NCBI GenBank assembly: GCA_964247055.1
Contig: OZ176052.1
Location: 8,866,001 to 8,930,000 of the forward strand
Length of the DNA stretch: 64,000 nucleotides
DNA from: Paragordius varius
Lineage: Eukaryota; Animalia; Nematomorpha
Direction of reading: 5' to 3'
Under the pieces are notes generated by a model. That model made no database searches. It saw only the letters and a list, made by a program, of their open reading frames with translations, and had not been told where the DNA came from. The position numbers and the translations under genes were made by a program. Positions 13,009 through 25,758 of this stretch are shown piece by piece; the first letter of the stretch is position 1; each line of letters begins with the position of its first letter.

Positions 13009-16000
13009 CTAAAGTTTTTCCATAAAAGTAGGCTGAGTTTTTGGAACTGGTGATTGAGAAAATTCATTTGGAGGTGCAGCTGGAAAGGGTATATTAAGTT
13101 TTTGCATAAAATTATGGATTGAGGGTGTCGGTATTAGCATTGTGTGGGCTTTGATTTTCAAATTTTGATCGTCTAAGTTCAGCACAAGCGCATATAATAT
13201 ATAAAAATGTTATTTATCCATTTTAAGATAAAATTTTACATGGCCATTACATATCATACTAAAAAGACTTAAAATTAACCCTTAAATATATTCAAATTCA
13301 TCCCTGAACATGCCAAATTCCCACTTAAACATTTCATATCGGAATTTATATTGAATATTTCGTTGCACAGCTCATTATTTAAAAAATATTCATTTTTAAA
13401 AATATCAATAATTAATTGACAAACTAGTTGGGAAAAACCAAAATAAACTTTAAAAAAAACCTTTTTTGGTTACAAAAAGACGACTTGGACTGTAGCAATA
13501 TCCATCCAACCAAATAAAAAGCAAAATAAATAAATAATTGCATAGAAAAAAAAGAAAGTACTATTTTTGGTTGCTTTTTTAGTTCAAAAACGGTTTAAAA
13601 AAATTTCGTGGTTTCGGTTGCAATCTGTTATTTGTTAAAACGCGTCATGAAAATCGAAAAAAATCTTTCATTTATAAAAAAATATATTAAAAAAACACAT
13701 ATTATCAAAAGATATTGTAAATTTTTTAAAAATAATGTCCAAATTTATAGACAAGACTATAGTGTTTAACTAAAATTTGTGGGGGTAATCTTTTTAAAAT
13801 TATAAACTAAAACACAGTACAATGCAAAATTATCTAATAAAAACCAACCTGTAAAAAATACTACATTCGTAGCAGTAATGGTTAACAAATTTTGCAAGGC
13901 TAAACTATCATCACGTTCCAATATGGTTAAATCATCATTGTGTATCTCATTTGAGGAAATGGCGTTTACTTTCATACGCCCATTTTCCCCAATTAAACCG
14001 GCGGATAGATTCATACGTGATTCTTGCAATTTCATTAAATTTTCACAAGCTTTAAGGATAACATCATCGTTGTAGGTGGAAAGACCCTTTCGAAAACTAA
14101 AAGATGTGTCTGATATGGCTTGTGCGACACCATCACCAATAATATTTCCATTTTTAATAAAATTTCCAGCTTTATCTGAATGTTTTGGACTGCATTTACG
14201 GTTGTGTTTTTGCTGTTGTTTAGGAGATTTATAAGGGGACAAATTATTCATGGAGGTGTTAGAACTATTTTTATTATTATTAAAACTCTGAACATCATTG
14301 TGGTTTAGGAGGAAAGTATCTTCAGTCAAATTTGTGGCGTTGTGTAAAATATTACCATGACTCGTTAAAAGGGACAATTTATTCGGAGAAGGCGTCGTTG
14401 GTGAAATATGACAAGGTTCAAGACTTTTTTTAATAAATTCGACTGCAGATTTAGCCCAAATTAGCCGATTTTGTTTGGTTTCATCTATACCCATATCAGA
14501 TTTTAAAAAAGCATATTATGTAAAGTTTTAAATATAATATACTATTACATTAAATAATTTAAAAAATGAACAAAAAGGGTTGAAAGACATAACATAATAA
14601 TACCTTCGTTTGACATTTGTGCTAATCGCGTCAGTTCATCCATGACAGTTAATGGTACCAAAATTTCAAAGTTGTAATCTAAGATTAAAAAAACATTTAT
14701 TTTAATAATTATAAAGAAAAGAGAATATGTCATTAATCAAAATATATAGGGTTTATCCTCCAAAAATGATATCATGATTAAAAAAAACATAGAAATTTAT
14801 GAAAAGGTACATGTTATAACCTTTATTATCATAAATAGCTTCGATCAAGGGCATGTATTCAATCAAGCAATTAGTATCAAACACAAGGTATTTAGGCTGT
14901 ATAAGGACAAAGGTTAATTGAGATTGAGCTTGTATCAATTTGTCTGCAAATATATGAAACCAATTTATAGGTTTTGGAGGCGCCTCCATTGAAACCTTAT
15001 TCTTTTCAGCGGGAGTATTGACCATAGCAGAATTATTTGTTGTCAGATAATTTATAATCTAAAAATATACGTTTTATATAAAATTTTTAAAATTGTCACT
15101 GTAAAGGGCAAAAGCATAGGAATATTTGCGAAGGTATAAATTAGATTTAATATTCCAATACTTTTACCCAAAGTTTAAATTGTCGATTTAAAGATTATTA
15201 CCTGTTTGTACGTAAGCTTAAGCACACTAAAATCCTCCGACAAAACTGTACACGAGTCTCCAGAGAGAAATGGTTCCAGTTGATTCAAAAATGGACATCC
15301 TCTCAAATAAATATCATAGATTTGGCAAATATTCTTATTTTCAAATAACACCCGATCATCGATAAATTTGTCAAATTTTTTAAGAGTTGTGCACAAAATC
15401 ACTAGTTTCTCATATAAAAGAACATTTTTATCATCGTTTTCATAAGATGTTGGTTGTATATTCCACCATTTGTACCAAATCCAAAGTGCTGACAAAAGTG
15501 AAGATACTATATGATAGGAGTGCTCAAATGAGCAATTAGGTCCATTTAAATTTTCATCAAAGTAGTTTATTAATGTGTCAAACATTAAAAAAGCCATCGA
15601 CATATTGAGTTGTCTTGCTTTCTCTAACACTAATAAAGTGTGCGGTGCAGAATCCGTTATTAATTGAAATTTGTGAATGGAAAATATATTTATAGCAATT
15701 ATATTAATTGGTTCAAAACGTTGGGTAAATTTATTTCCAGAATCACCAGTAGTAGTAAGTAAACAGTTTAGGTATTCATTAAACCAATAATTTAGTTTCA
15801 AAAGTTCGGAATCAAAGCTGTCTAAATCTGTTTTCGTGAAAATTTTGCCGTGGAGATGAATAAAATAAAGGAGGAAATATTTTCGCGATTTAGCCATAAA
15901 CTGATTTCGCGAGGCATGATTATTATTAGTATCATTGGTTACAAAGTGATATAAAAGGTTAAGGCTTTGACTGTGCAAACATGTAATAAAATTTGATACA

Positions 16001-16932
16001 AATGTAGAAACTGTAATACATGATAAAGAAGCATCATTACAAGTTACCCATAATTCAAAATGTTTTTTAGCTACAACTTCGTCAATTAATTGTTGATAAA
16101 GATTATTTAAGGCGTTTTGTTCTACTTGCTTTCGAATAACTGATTTTTGAAATAGTGATCTATTTTCCGCAAACAAGGCTTGGAGGTTTGAAAGAGAGGC
16201 ATCTGAATCTTTGTATGTCAGTAGAAACGATCGCACGTAAAAATAGAGTGTTCCCAAATAATCTTTGCTTTTATACTGAAGAATAGCTAATTGATTATAA
16301 CTATGAGGATTATTCGGTAACAATTGATATGCGTTTGAATAATATTCGTAACTTTTAGCATGATACTTATCAGAATCTGCAATCATCATTTCACTGCAAT
16401 ATCGATATAAATCGCCAAGTGCTATGCAATACCAAAAAACCAATGTGGATTGCGATTCAGATGGATTTAAAAATATTTGTTGATTGTGCTTTGGAGATAT
16501 GATAACGGTGTGTTTTTTCACCGAAAAACAGTAAATTTCATTAGTTAATTCCAATAAATTATTGTAAAAAAGAATATTGTTATTGACAATTATAGATTGT
16601 AACTTTTGAAGTTTTGTAGCATAAACGCCAGAACAAATATTACACTCTAAAATTTTTATCACGTCGTAACATAAAATTTTCCAATATATTCTTTCCAATT
16701 GTTTGCTTTTGTATATTTTAAAATCGTTGACAAGAAGTTGCATCAATATAATCTGACCAGGTTTAATATATTTTTCTTGAAAAGTTTTAAAAGATGACCA
16801 AAAATCCGGGTCACTTTTTGTAATCATCAACTTCAGTTTATCCAAATTTTTACAAGACTTCTTGGCCAAAATACTAAAATCTGCCATGCTACATCGCTTG
16901 CTGATAGCACAATTTGAACTCTCTTTCTCCAT
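13009..16932 (-). CDS. SMG6: SMG6/EST1A-like NMD endonuclease (TPR/14-3-3-like domain plus PIN), 5 exons, ~947 aa
   Basis: Exons 16932-15202, 15058-14821, 14678-14604, 14484-13849, 13172-13009; all GT-AG and phase-consistent (2844 nt). EST1/TPR motifs: IALGDLYRY, AYQLLPNNPHSYNQLAIL, LYFYVRS. PIN motifs: YLVFDTNCLI, VPLTVMDEL, LTSHGN, NDDVIL, FTDDQNLKIKA. All four acidic catalytic positions are present, favouring SMG6 over SMG5. Confidence 0.9.
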
Positions 16933-17514
16933 TTTCTTCCATTATTGTCAAATAACAACAAAAAGGGTCGTGGATTTGCCAAAATTGCGGCGACACATCG
17001 TAAAATGAAATTGTGAAATTTAGGTATAAAAAATTAATATTTTTTGCTAATTTCTGCGTTAAGACTTCGATTCAAATTATATTCAAGGCAATATTTAAGT
17101 TGATAATTACTGAAAGAAACGGTCCCAATTTAAATTTAATAAAAATTATATAAATTAGTCGAAATTTTTAAAAAAATTTTAATTTTGAGAAAAGGCTTTA
17201 TATCAAACTAGTTCGGCGCCATTTTTTTGCAACATCTTTGCAAAATATCGTTTTTATTTAATTTTAAAGCCAAGATGCTAATTTTTACTTAAATTATATA
17301 TAACATTTATAGAAACATAAAGTTTATTTGGTATTTTTATATATTTAGCTGATGCCATGTCATGTTGACTAAATTTTTACCTTGTGGGTTAACCTTAAAA
17401 TAAGTAATATCAAGTATTTTTAATGGAACTTTTTTGGTTTATTAATGTTATAGGAATGCAAATTTTTGCTATGGTTTCAATTTATTCCATATTTTTTGAA
17501 TTTTTTTTTAAACA

Positions 17515-18230
17515 GGCCTGGGGCATCCATCTACCCCAATTCGAATCGAAGGACTAAAATGAATGTGTTGTATCCAAGTGTAGATATTTTGAGTTGATGG
17601 TATTTTCCCAATTCTGTTGGGATCTAATGAACTATATGGTCGCCTAGTCAATGTATATCGCCTAAGTAAATTGTTAGCCACCTATCAATTATCTCATCTG
17701 ACATATAAAAGAGATTTCAACGAAGTAGATGAGATTTATAGTTTTATTTTTGCATGAATCATGTATGAATTTATCCTTATTGATTATATCCCTTTTATAA
17801 GCGAGCACTTGTGTAATCACATATGATGTGCATAGGATTGAGTTGAGTATCAAATACACCACATAAAAACTTAAGTCTTTTAATAAAATATAACCCGTTA
17901 TCATCACCTTTGTTTTGCTTTTTATCCGCAATCCACTCTTTTGTAAGTGAACTATCAATGTATAGTGCTTATGATCTAATTCTGTTCATGTTGTGGTGCG
18001 GACGATGTCGCCTGCATAGACGAGCTTTCATCGGGGGCTTATTTTATATCTTTTGTTAAGTCATCCATTAATATGTAAAGTAAAGGCTTATAGATTGTTG
18101 ATAAAGCTTTGACTCGTTTGAATCAAAAGGTTTGTTGCCTAGTGTTATTCTGTCGAAGTTTTTTTTGTTGTACATTACTTCTATTACTTTGATTATCCAT
18201 TTATCTACGTCATTGTACACTGCTAAATCG
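17515..18230 (-). mobile_element. Decayed RTE-clade LINE, reverse transcriptase/C-terminal part
   Basis: Frame-broken translation LLYILMDDLTKDIK*AP..LVYAGDIV...LQKSGLRIKSKTKVM...RIGVDGCPRP resembles RTE RT motifs (LLYADD, GL.IN..KTK.M, GKRPRGRP). Confidence 0.7.
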
Positions 18231-18269
18231 GACGGTTTAAAAAATATTCTGATGAAATAATATACTCAC

Positions 18270-19120
18270 GGAAAATGTAACGGATTTATGATGGTGCTTT
18301 TGGTTTTGGCCATTACGATTGAATTAAGAAAGCTTTTTAGACTTTTGCGGTAAAATTTTTTAAATATATGCTAAATTTCGATATCAACTAAAAATATTTT
18401 TTGAAAATATATACTTTTTTTAAAAAATTTACTTTTTAGCAAAATCTGCTGAAGCGTACTTCATACTATTTTGAGTCATGATGGAAAGGTGTATAAACGC
18501 TTTAAGATATTATATGAACACTCAATGCTATCATCACCTCCGAGCATGCTATATTGAATTTGAGTTTTTTGCAAAAAATCAATATTATGAATCAATTGAA
18601 CTTTTAAGTTAAAATTCTGAAGCAGTAATGACCAGCACCATTAAATGATATAGAAAAATGTTTTTCAAATATTCAAAGCGTTTCTACACCGTTCAATCAT
18701 GCCTCAATATAGTATGAACTACGCTTCAATTAAACTTTGCTCAAAATCAAATTGAAAAAAATGCATAATAATTGAAATATCTTTAGTTGATTAGCATATA
18801 TTTATTTTATCATGCAACCCCAAGCCTTTTTGCGTTTATTTTAAGAGAACTAGCTCATTTCAAAGGGCGAAAAAAATTGGGCCTTTAGGAGCCCATTAAA
18901 AATTAAAATTGATTAAAAATATTGTTTTGCTTTTATATGTAATATATAATATATTTTTTAGAATGAAGCATTTATCTTTCCCAAAAAAATTTATGCAAAA
19001 AATTGCGCAAATATTGTCATTTTCTGATGTGGAGCACTTATCACAAAAATATAAATAACTTTCATAAATACCTAGTAAGGATTAAAACCAAAAGCACCAT
19101 AATCCTGATATATTTTATCA
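18270..19120. mobile_element. Foldback-type non-autonomous element (imperfect palindrome) inserted in the LINE relic; ends approximate
   Basis: ATGGTGCTTTTGGTTT (18291) is inverted as AAACCAAAAGCACCAT (~19085-19100). An inner ~53-bp inverted pair lies at 18451 and ~18675-18727. Related copies are at ~49205-50012 and ~20215-20870. Confidence 0.7.
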
Positions 19121-19261
19121 AATATCCATTTTGCGTTTTTGGTTACTATCGTAATGGGATTCGTTTATTGTTATTATCGCTATAATCAATTTATTTTTGT
19201 GTCTGTGAGATGTGTTTTGGAATCTTGGATGAATTTTCTATTTTAGATAAGTATTTAAATG

Positions 19262-19760
19262 TAATCTACCATAGAGTTTTGATTACAATTTGTATAAGTT
19301 ATTAATTTATTTGCCGGTTTTTTGAAGAGGGTATTGCAGATAGAAGTCTAAGATATATAGAGTATTTTAATATTGTATCATCTACTTTGTTAAGGCTACC
19401 AAAAGCGTTTCCTCCATGTAATCTCATAGTCTTGACCATTACTGCCGACGTGTGAGTTAAAATCTCCACCTACGAAAATTTGTTATTCGGAGGTATTGCA
19501 TGAGAAATGTCGTATAATTGGTTCCAAAAATTTGTTTGATTGCTCCGCTTAAACCATACTGAGGCACATTGATTGAGAGTGTGTTAACTATTTGTTTTAT
19601 AAACGTTTTTGAATAATTCTTCATTGTGTCTGTTTATTTCAATTATTTTATCACAATATTATTTTTGATATAGCCACTCCATATTGGCCTAATTTATTTG
19701 ACCTTTGTTAAATATTGTATAGTTGTTAATATTTAGTGCTTTCACATTTATGGTATACAT
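19262..19760 (-). mobile_element. Decayed RTE-clade LINE, APE-type endonuclease part
   Basis: Translation with frameshifts FWNQLYDISHAIPPNNK.FVGGDFNSHVGSNGQDYE..HGGNAFG..N......ICNTLFKK...LITY....SMVDY matches the RTE endonuclease pattern GDFNGHVG...HGGFG...ICNTFFKK...ITY...IDY. It lies upstream of the RT relic on the same strand, in the expected EN-RT order. Confidence 0.8.
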
Positions 19761-19798
19761 TTTAATGCCGGCTTATTCACTTTATAGTTGGTCGATTG

Positions 19799-19903
19799 CA
19801 CAGAAATGTATGGGAAAAAAGCAACAAAATGTTAGTTAGAAATGATAATGTAAGATAGGAAGAGCATTCAACATTTTGTTGTTTTTTTCCATACACTTCT
19901 GTG
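19799..19903. mobile_element. 105-bp CAC-ended MITE with 3-bp TSD (TTG)
   Basis: CACAGAAATGTATGGGAAAAAAGCAACAAAATGTT is inverted at ~19870-19903 with about 3 differences. TTG lies directly on both sides (19796-19798 and 19904-19906). Confidence 0.75.
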
Positions 19904-20214
19904 TTGCCAATTCACGAAGTGTGAACATGCCAGCATTATAATGCATACTGTGCACCTTGTTTCCTGGAGGTAACAGATGTCAATGTTTCCCCCTTGAATT
20001 CGTTTGATAACTGAGTTTTATATAGATAATTACTTGGAAATCTTTATTACAGTTTACCAGCAAATTTATGATATTTGTTGATTTTAATATCAGCTGTTTG
20101 CTTCTATGATGTTTTGGAGCTATCCGAATTGGACTACAATTAAAAAACTGTAAAAATTTGAATTTTTTTATCAAATACAGGAGAAGACGATTATTTTAAA
20201 TTGTTTTTGAATTC

Positions 20215-20870
20215 ACTCAAATTTAAAAGCAATCAAACCTTTAAAACTTAGAGGTGATAATGTTCAGCATCATCGAATCATATAGAAAAAGTGTTTTTGA
20301 ATTTATAAGTGTTTTTATACCGTTTCTATTATACTTTTGTCGTAAGGTTTTTGAGATAGTTTTTGGCAGTGACATTTTGGAAAGTGCTTGACAGAACCGA
20401 GTGGATGAAGTTCTCCTATAAAATCGCTAATGTTCGAAAATCGACTAAAAGCTCAAAAACAATTACATTTAAAAATACCATAAAACTCGATTCACCAAAA
20501 TTTTACTATAAATTAATTTAATTAAAATATCGATTTCGGAAAAATATTTTTTGAATGTCAAAATCTAGCACACATTTTAAATTTTTATCCCAATATCTCA
20601 TCATAGGAAAGCGAAATAATTTGGAACTTTTGAAGCCCATATCTAAAAATTAAAATTTTTTAAAAATATTTTTATATTTTTTATACGTATATAATATGTT
20701 TTAGTGACATTTTTTGCAATGTAGCATTTAGATTTCACCAAGAAAATTTTATTCAAAATGTGAGCAAATTTTGCCATTTTTAGATAGGTAACATTTACCA
20801 CAAAAGTGTGAATAACATTAAACCAAACGATTCAAAACCAAAAGCAACATAATAATCCTACATTATCAGA
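20215..20870. mobile_element. Partial (right-half) copy of the foldback family; ends approximate
   Basis: Shares ATTTAAAAGC..., AGAAAAAGTGTTT...GTTTTTATACCGTTTC and the terminal ACCACAAAAGTG...AAACCAAAAGCA with the 49.2-50.0 kb and 18.3-19.1 kb copies. Confidence 0.55.
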
Positions 20871-21206
20871 ATTATATATATATATAAATCATAAGAATAT
20901 ATTCCCCCCATTCCGGAAGCAGTGGTATATATATTATTTAATATTATGAATCAATGGCAAAAATTTATTGAAAAATAATTAATAATCAGCTATTCTCAAT
21001 ATTAATGAAATTATTATTACATATATCTAGTTAATTTAAAACTTTAATCATATTATAAAAAATAGTTCTCTACAAAACTAAATCAAAAATTATCTCACAA
21101 GAGAAACAACAATGCAAGTAATTTATGTTTTCGCTACAATATAAATTATAATATTCCAGCCTGTATAAATTATTATTTAAGATTTCATAACCTTTTGGTA
21201 GGGCTA

Positions 21207-21212
<6 letters not shown>

Positions 21213-21240
<28 letters not shown>
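21213..21240. repeat. (AT)n microsatellite
   Basis: Uninterrupted dinucleotide run. Confidence 0.9.
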
Positions 21241-21244
<4 letters not shown>

Positions 21245-22947
21245 TCAAATTATGAGCCAATAAAAATATGCTTTTCTCAGCCTTTTAGGCTCATGATATC
21301 AACTTTAAATCTACAAAATTGTAAGGACCAAATCTAACTTTTTTCGCCGCCATTTACTTTCTTTTGAATTTTTTAAATCGTTACACGCAAATAAATGCAT
21401 ATGGTTTAAAAAATATTTAACTCTGAAAAGCTTTCGAATAACATTCTACCAGCTAATTTTCGATATTTGATTCAATATCTTCAGTCGTGTTTTGAAACTA
21501 TTTGATTTCGGGACTATAGAAGTTAAAAACTGTAAAAATCTTTTTTATATAATTAAGAGCGTTAATTGAAATCTAAGAACAGCTTTCAAAACAGTAGTTT
21601 GTTTAAGATTTTAAGTCTGGGTTAAAAAACCATTCCGAAATGTTATTGTCTACAAAAAGTATCCGTAGCGCCATTCTCATATAATTTTTCATCTCTTAGA
21701 GAAATTTTGACAAAAATTTAAAGTATTTATTATATTCTGCCAAATTAGAAAATATGAATTCTATGGATCTTATTAACCCGATTTATATAAAATTTTTTGA
21801 ATAATTATAAAGTCCTATATCAAGCTCTTAGAGGCCGAAAATTATTTTTGGATTTTTATGAATTCCCAAAAAACTAGCAAACGAAAATATATTTTAATAA
21901 ATTTAAATTAAATGCCTAATTGCATTTGATACCAAATTTTCGATATTTCTTGATTATCATATATGTTTGTTTCATTGGGTGCTATCTAAATTTCAAAACG
22001 CTAAATATTAGTATTTATTTATTTATAAAATTTGATGTGCGATAAATTTTAAAAAAAAATAAGTTTTTTTGTCTCATAAGTTTGTGGACAAACAACACCT
22101 TATGTATCTCTATAAAAGGCAGTAATATACATAGGGTATTTTTTGATCCAGTAGTTTTATTTGTAGGAAAAATATTTTTATATTATCTAACAAAAAATTT
22201 ATACATTCTTTATTTAACTTTTAATATGAAAAATTCGGATGCTAAAATTGACATACAGAGCTGATTTAAATTATATTTCTTTACCAATCAATTTTTTATA
22301 AATCTATAAAAATATTTGAGGGAATGTCATAAAAGCTCATGCTGATCATCATAAACTTTTTTGATTTTTATAAACTTTTTAAGTTATAAAATTTTAAAGT
22401 TGAATCATTTTTTTGTTAAAAAATTTGTTTTTAGAATATTACAAAATTGAATATTAAAACAATTTGAATAGAAATTTTTATTATTTTGAAATGAGATGCG
22501 AATATTGATCCATTTTCCCCACAATTATGATCACTAGATCCACTCAAGATGTTTTTATATGAGATTTTTTGGTCAATGAAGATCCCATTTTCGCTAATTA
22601 AATGATAAGTATATTCATTTTTAAAATATTAAGGTTTGGAAAAATTAACCTTAATTTTATACACAGTATAATATTAAAATAAATGGAATTTAAATCGTGG
22701 TATTCTTTTATAAAAACTTATTATATGATTAGTAATCGATTACGTTAAATATATACCTTTGTTTTAATATCTTGGATGGATTTAATTTATTGATATAAGT
22801 CCTATATTTATAACTAATGTCTGATTATTTTGGATAAGTAGACAATTAATATTTTTCTAATTTTTAATGAGTTAATAATTTTAAATTTTTATTTGTGCAG
22901 GTTGCGTGTTAACACTAAACTGTCAATTCATGATTTTAAACTATTTA

Positions 22948-23178
22948 CCAGGTGTGGTAATGAGTTTTTACCGACAATTTATTCAAAGACGTTGTAAAAT
23001 GGCTTAACAAATGGTGGACCTCAGAAGACAATCAATTTTTCTGGCACGACATTCATATATTAATTAAATTGGGGAAATGGGATGCCAATTTATAATAAAT
23101 AAAATAAATGATTGATTTCCATTAAAATTAAATATTTTTTTACCAAAAAACAGGTAAAATCATAGAATTACACCAAGG
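22948..23178 (+). mobile_element. Internally deleted mariner (left TIR, transposase C-terminus, degenerate right TIR)
   Basis: TA|CCAGGTGTGGTAATGAGTTTTTACCG is followed by DVVKWLNKWWTSEDNQFFWHDIHIL, similar to the Mos1 C-terminus VKKWLDEWFAAKDDEFYWRGIHKL. A degenerate inverted end lies at ~23145-23178. Confidence 0.65.
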
Positions 23179-23363
23179 TTGCGCTATATTAAACATTTCA
23201 AAATTAAGCGGGACACAATATTGTAAATTTTCAAAATTGTTACATTTAACATGATTGTTGCTATTATAAAGAAATATATAGGTAGGTATTAATGATTTTA
23301 TTGTTAATTTTACTTTATATATATTCGCCTACAACATAGCGTCGCGCTTGAGATTGTTTTCTC

Positions 23364-24644
23364 ATGGAGCTGTATGATAGAGGAAGGATTTTAAAGCCTG
23401 ATATTATTTTATGTTTACCGGCAGGGATGTTTCCTTGTCACAAACAGGTGTTAATAAACAATTGCTTATCGCTGCCCAAATATTCGTTTGTGGGTGAAAT
23501 CGATGGGGGAAAGATTGAATTACTGGATAATAAAATTTTTGGTTTTATAACGCCATTGATTATGGCTAAGCTGTTAAAATATATGTATACAAAAGCGTTT
23601 GTTGTGGATCATAATTTAGATTCAGTTTTGCTTGCCTGTCATATTTTGGGAATTACCACGTTGGAAAAACATTTAGGCCGTATCTTAGAAACACTAAGCA
23701 TATCAAAAACATCACAAAATATTAAAGCTGACCAATCTATCATGAAAACCTACATAAATTTAACTTATGAGGCGCCCATTTTTTCATCATGTAAAACACA
23801 TGATAACGACAAAATAGTCAGAATATATGGGCCAACAAATGTAAACCATAATTATGCTATGAACGATATGGTAGAGTATTTGAAAGATGACCATGATAAA
23901 TGTATAAGTTTACATTATGCATATTATGGTCAAATACTGCAAAATACGGTAAATATCGCCACGAAAAATACTGTCGACCAAATTTCATCAATCACAATAA
24001 ATTGGAAATTAAAAAAATTCATCTTACAAAAGGCGATCGAAATTTATGGTTTAACATCAACCCTGTATACAGAAGAAAATGCCACAATCTATATTACGAA
24101 TTTCGGTACTCCCGATGTTAAAGCACCCTGGAACTTGTTTGAATTAGAATTTAAACATAAAGCGTCACATTTATATCACTTATTTCACGGGTTTGAAGCC
24201 GTGGTAAAAAATAATACGTCTTCGAATAAAACTATTTCAGATATTGATGCAAACAACATAATGGATTGGAATTTTTGCCAAATTTGTGCTTTCCTGTCTC
24301 GTGATACATTTCGAATCCCTTATAACGGTGATAATAACGATATTCATGATATCCAGAATACCAGTGAATATGAGTATTTTGAAAAAGCCGTAACTTATTT
24401 ACGAATGTCGGAAACAAAAAGTCGAGAACTCGCGTCAAATGTACCCAATAAACAAGTCAATTTAAGATCCATGCTAATCTTATCTTGTATCCGATTCATG
24501 TATATGCAGCCAGCTTTGCAACTAAAGTGTCTGGAGGAATTAAACACTTTTCCCATTACGTCTAAATTGCCGTTGTTTATGGCTTTCATAATGGATGATA
24601 TAAAAAATTATATTGAAATTCCTAAACAAAGATTTACAATGTAA
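23364..24644 (+). CDS. Intronless BTB/POZ-domain protein, 426 aa, with an unrecognised C-terminal region
   Basis: N-terminal BTB pattern DIILCLPAGMFPCHKQVL...ITPLIMAKLLKYMYT...NLDSVLLACHILGITTL. The 1281-nt ORF is far longer than chance in this AT-rich background. Confidence 0.8.
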   Translation: MELYDRGRILKPDIILCLPAGMFPCHKQVLINNCLSLPKYSFVGEIDGGKIELLDNKIFGFITPLIMAKLLKYMYTKAFVVDHNLDSVLLACHILGITTLEKHLGRILETLSISKTSQNIKADQSIMKTYINLTYEAPIFSSCKTHDNDKIVRIYGPTNVNHNYAMNDMVEYLKDDHDKCISLHYAYYGQILQNTVNIATKNTVDQISSITINWKLKKFILQKAIEIYGLTSTLYTEENATIYITNFGTPDVKAPWNLFELEFKHKASHLYHLFHGFEAVVKNNTSSNKTISDIDANNIMDWNFCQICAFLSRDTFRIPYNGDNNDIHDIQNTSEYEYFEKAVTYLRMSETKSRELASNVPNKQVNLRSMLILSCIRFMYMQPALQLKCLEELNTFPITSKLPLFMAFIMDDIKNYIEIPKQRFTM

Positions 24645-25758
24645 GAGCATGTTTCAGATATAAATTTCATCAATAATATAATATTATTCAAAAAAATTAT
24701 ATAAGTATCAAATGAGCAATTAAAGCCGTACTATCATTCTTTTTCGAACAATCTGGGATTTCATAGGTACGGATAAATTAATCGATTACAATTATGCTGG
24801 TATAGATAACACGTAACTATTTCAAATATGGATTTATAAAAAAGATTGATAATTATTATTTATCTATGCGGAGAATACTAGCTAATAATTTAATAATGCA
24901 CAGCGACCTTGACTTTCTCATGGCCAGCCACACTGCAAACGAGGTTTTTCATATAAGTTTTTCTATTTGCCATTTTTTGTTCGAAATAAATGTATTAATC
25001 AATCAATCCCAAATAAACGTTAAGAGTTCATTTATATGTTAGTTAATTGTAGTATCTCCAAATTCCGTAAAAAATTCAAGAAAATTATTATCTGCAAACC
25101 ATATTGCAGTTCTTTACCACTCATCTAAGAATGCTTTTTGAAAAATAAATTTTTACTGATATTTTTTTTGGTTTTTTTATCATAAGGTTAATTTGCTCTA
25201 AACCAAAACACTCAATGAATAATATAGATTATTTGTCTAATTTTAATTGCAAATACATAAGTATCTATCAATTTTAATTATTGAAATTTATCATATACGG
25301 GTTGGTTTAAGACCACAGCGAATAAGGAGAGGAATACTAGCCAACATTATAAAATTTGTTAATTCAGAACCTAAAACATAAACAACAGCGAAAGTAAACG
25401 TAAAACAGACAAAGACTCTTCTTATTAATTAAATGACAATTCAAAACAATTTATTTTGTTCTTGACTTTAACAGTAAATATCTAATGGTAGTTTCCAATA
25501 TTTGACCAAAACAAAATAGTGGACTCAACATCCCTGGTACCCAAAAAGAAAAATGAAAAGAAATCAACATCTTAAATTATAATTTAAGATGAATTAACCA
25601 TGCTGATCATTATGAATGAGCCGTATAAATATTGGAAAAATAAAATAGGATAAATAAAAGGGTTAACAAAAACTTTAATTTATTCTATTTATACTATAAA
25701 ATATTATATATATTTTATTTTTATATAAACCTATATAAAAAATATATTAATTAATATT

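Noticed and set aside
24895-25140. Coding-like minus-strand stretch (IWFADNNFLEFFTEFG) as a further EXD3 exon or pseudogene
   Set aside because: It has several in-frame stops, no Mut7-C similarity and no recognisable family.
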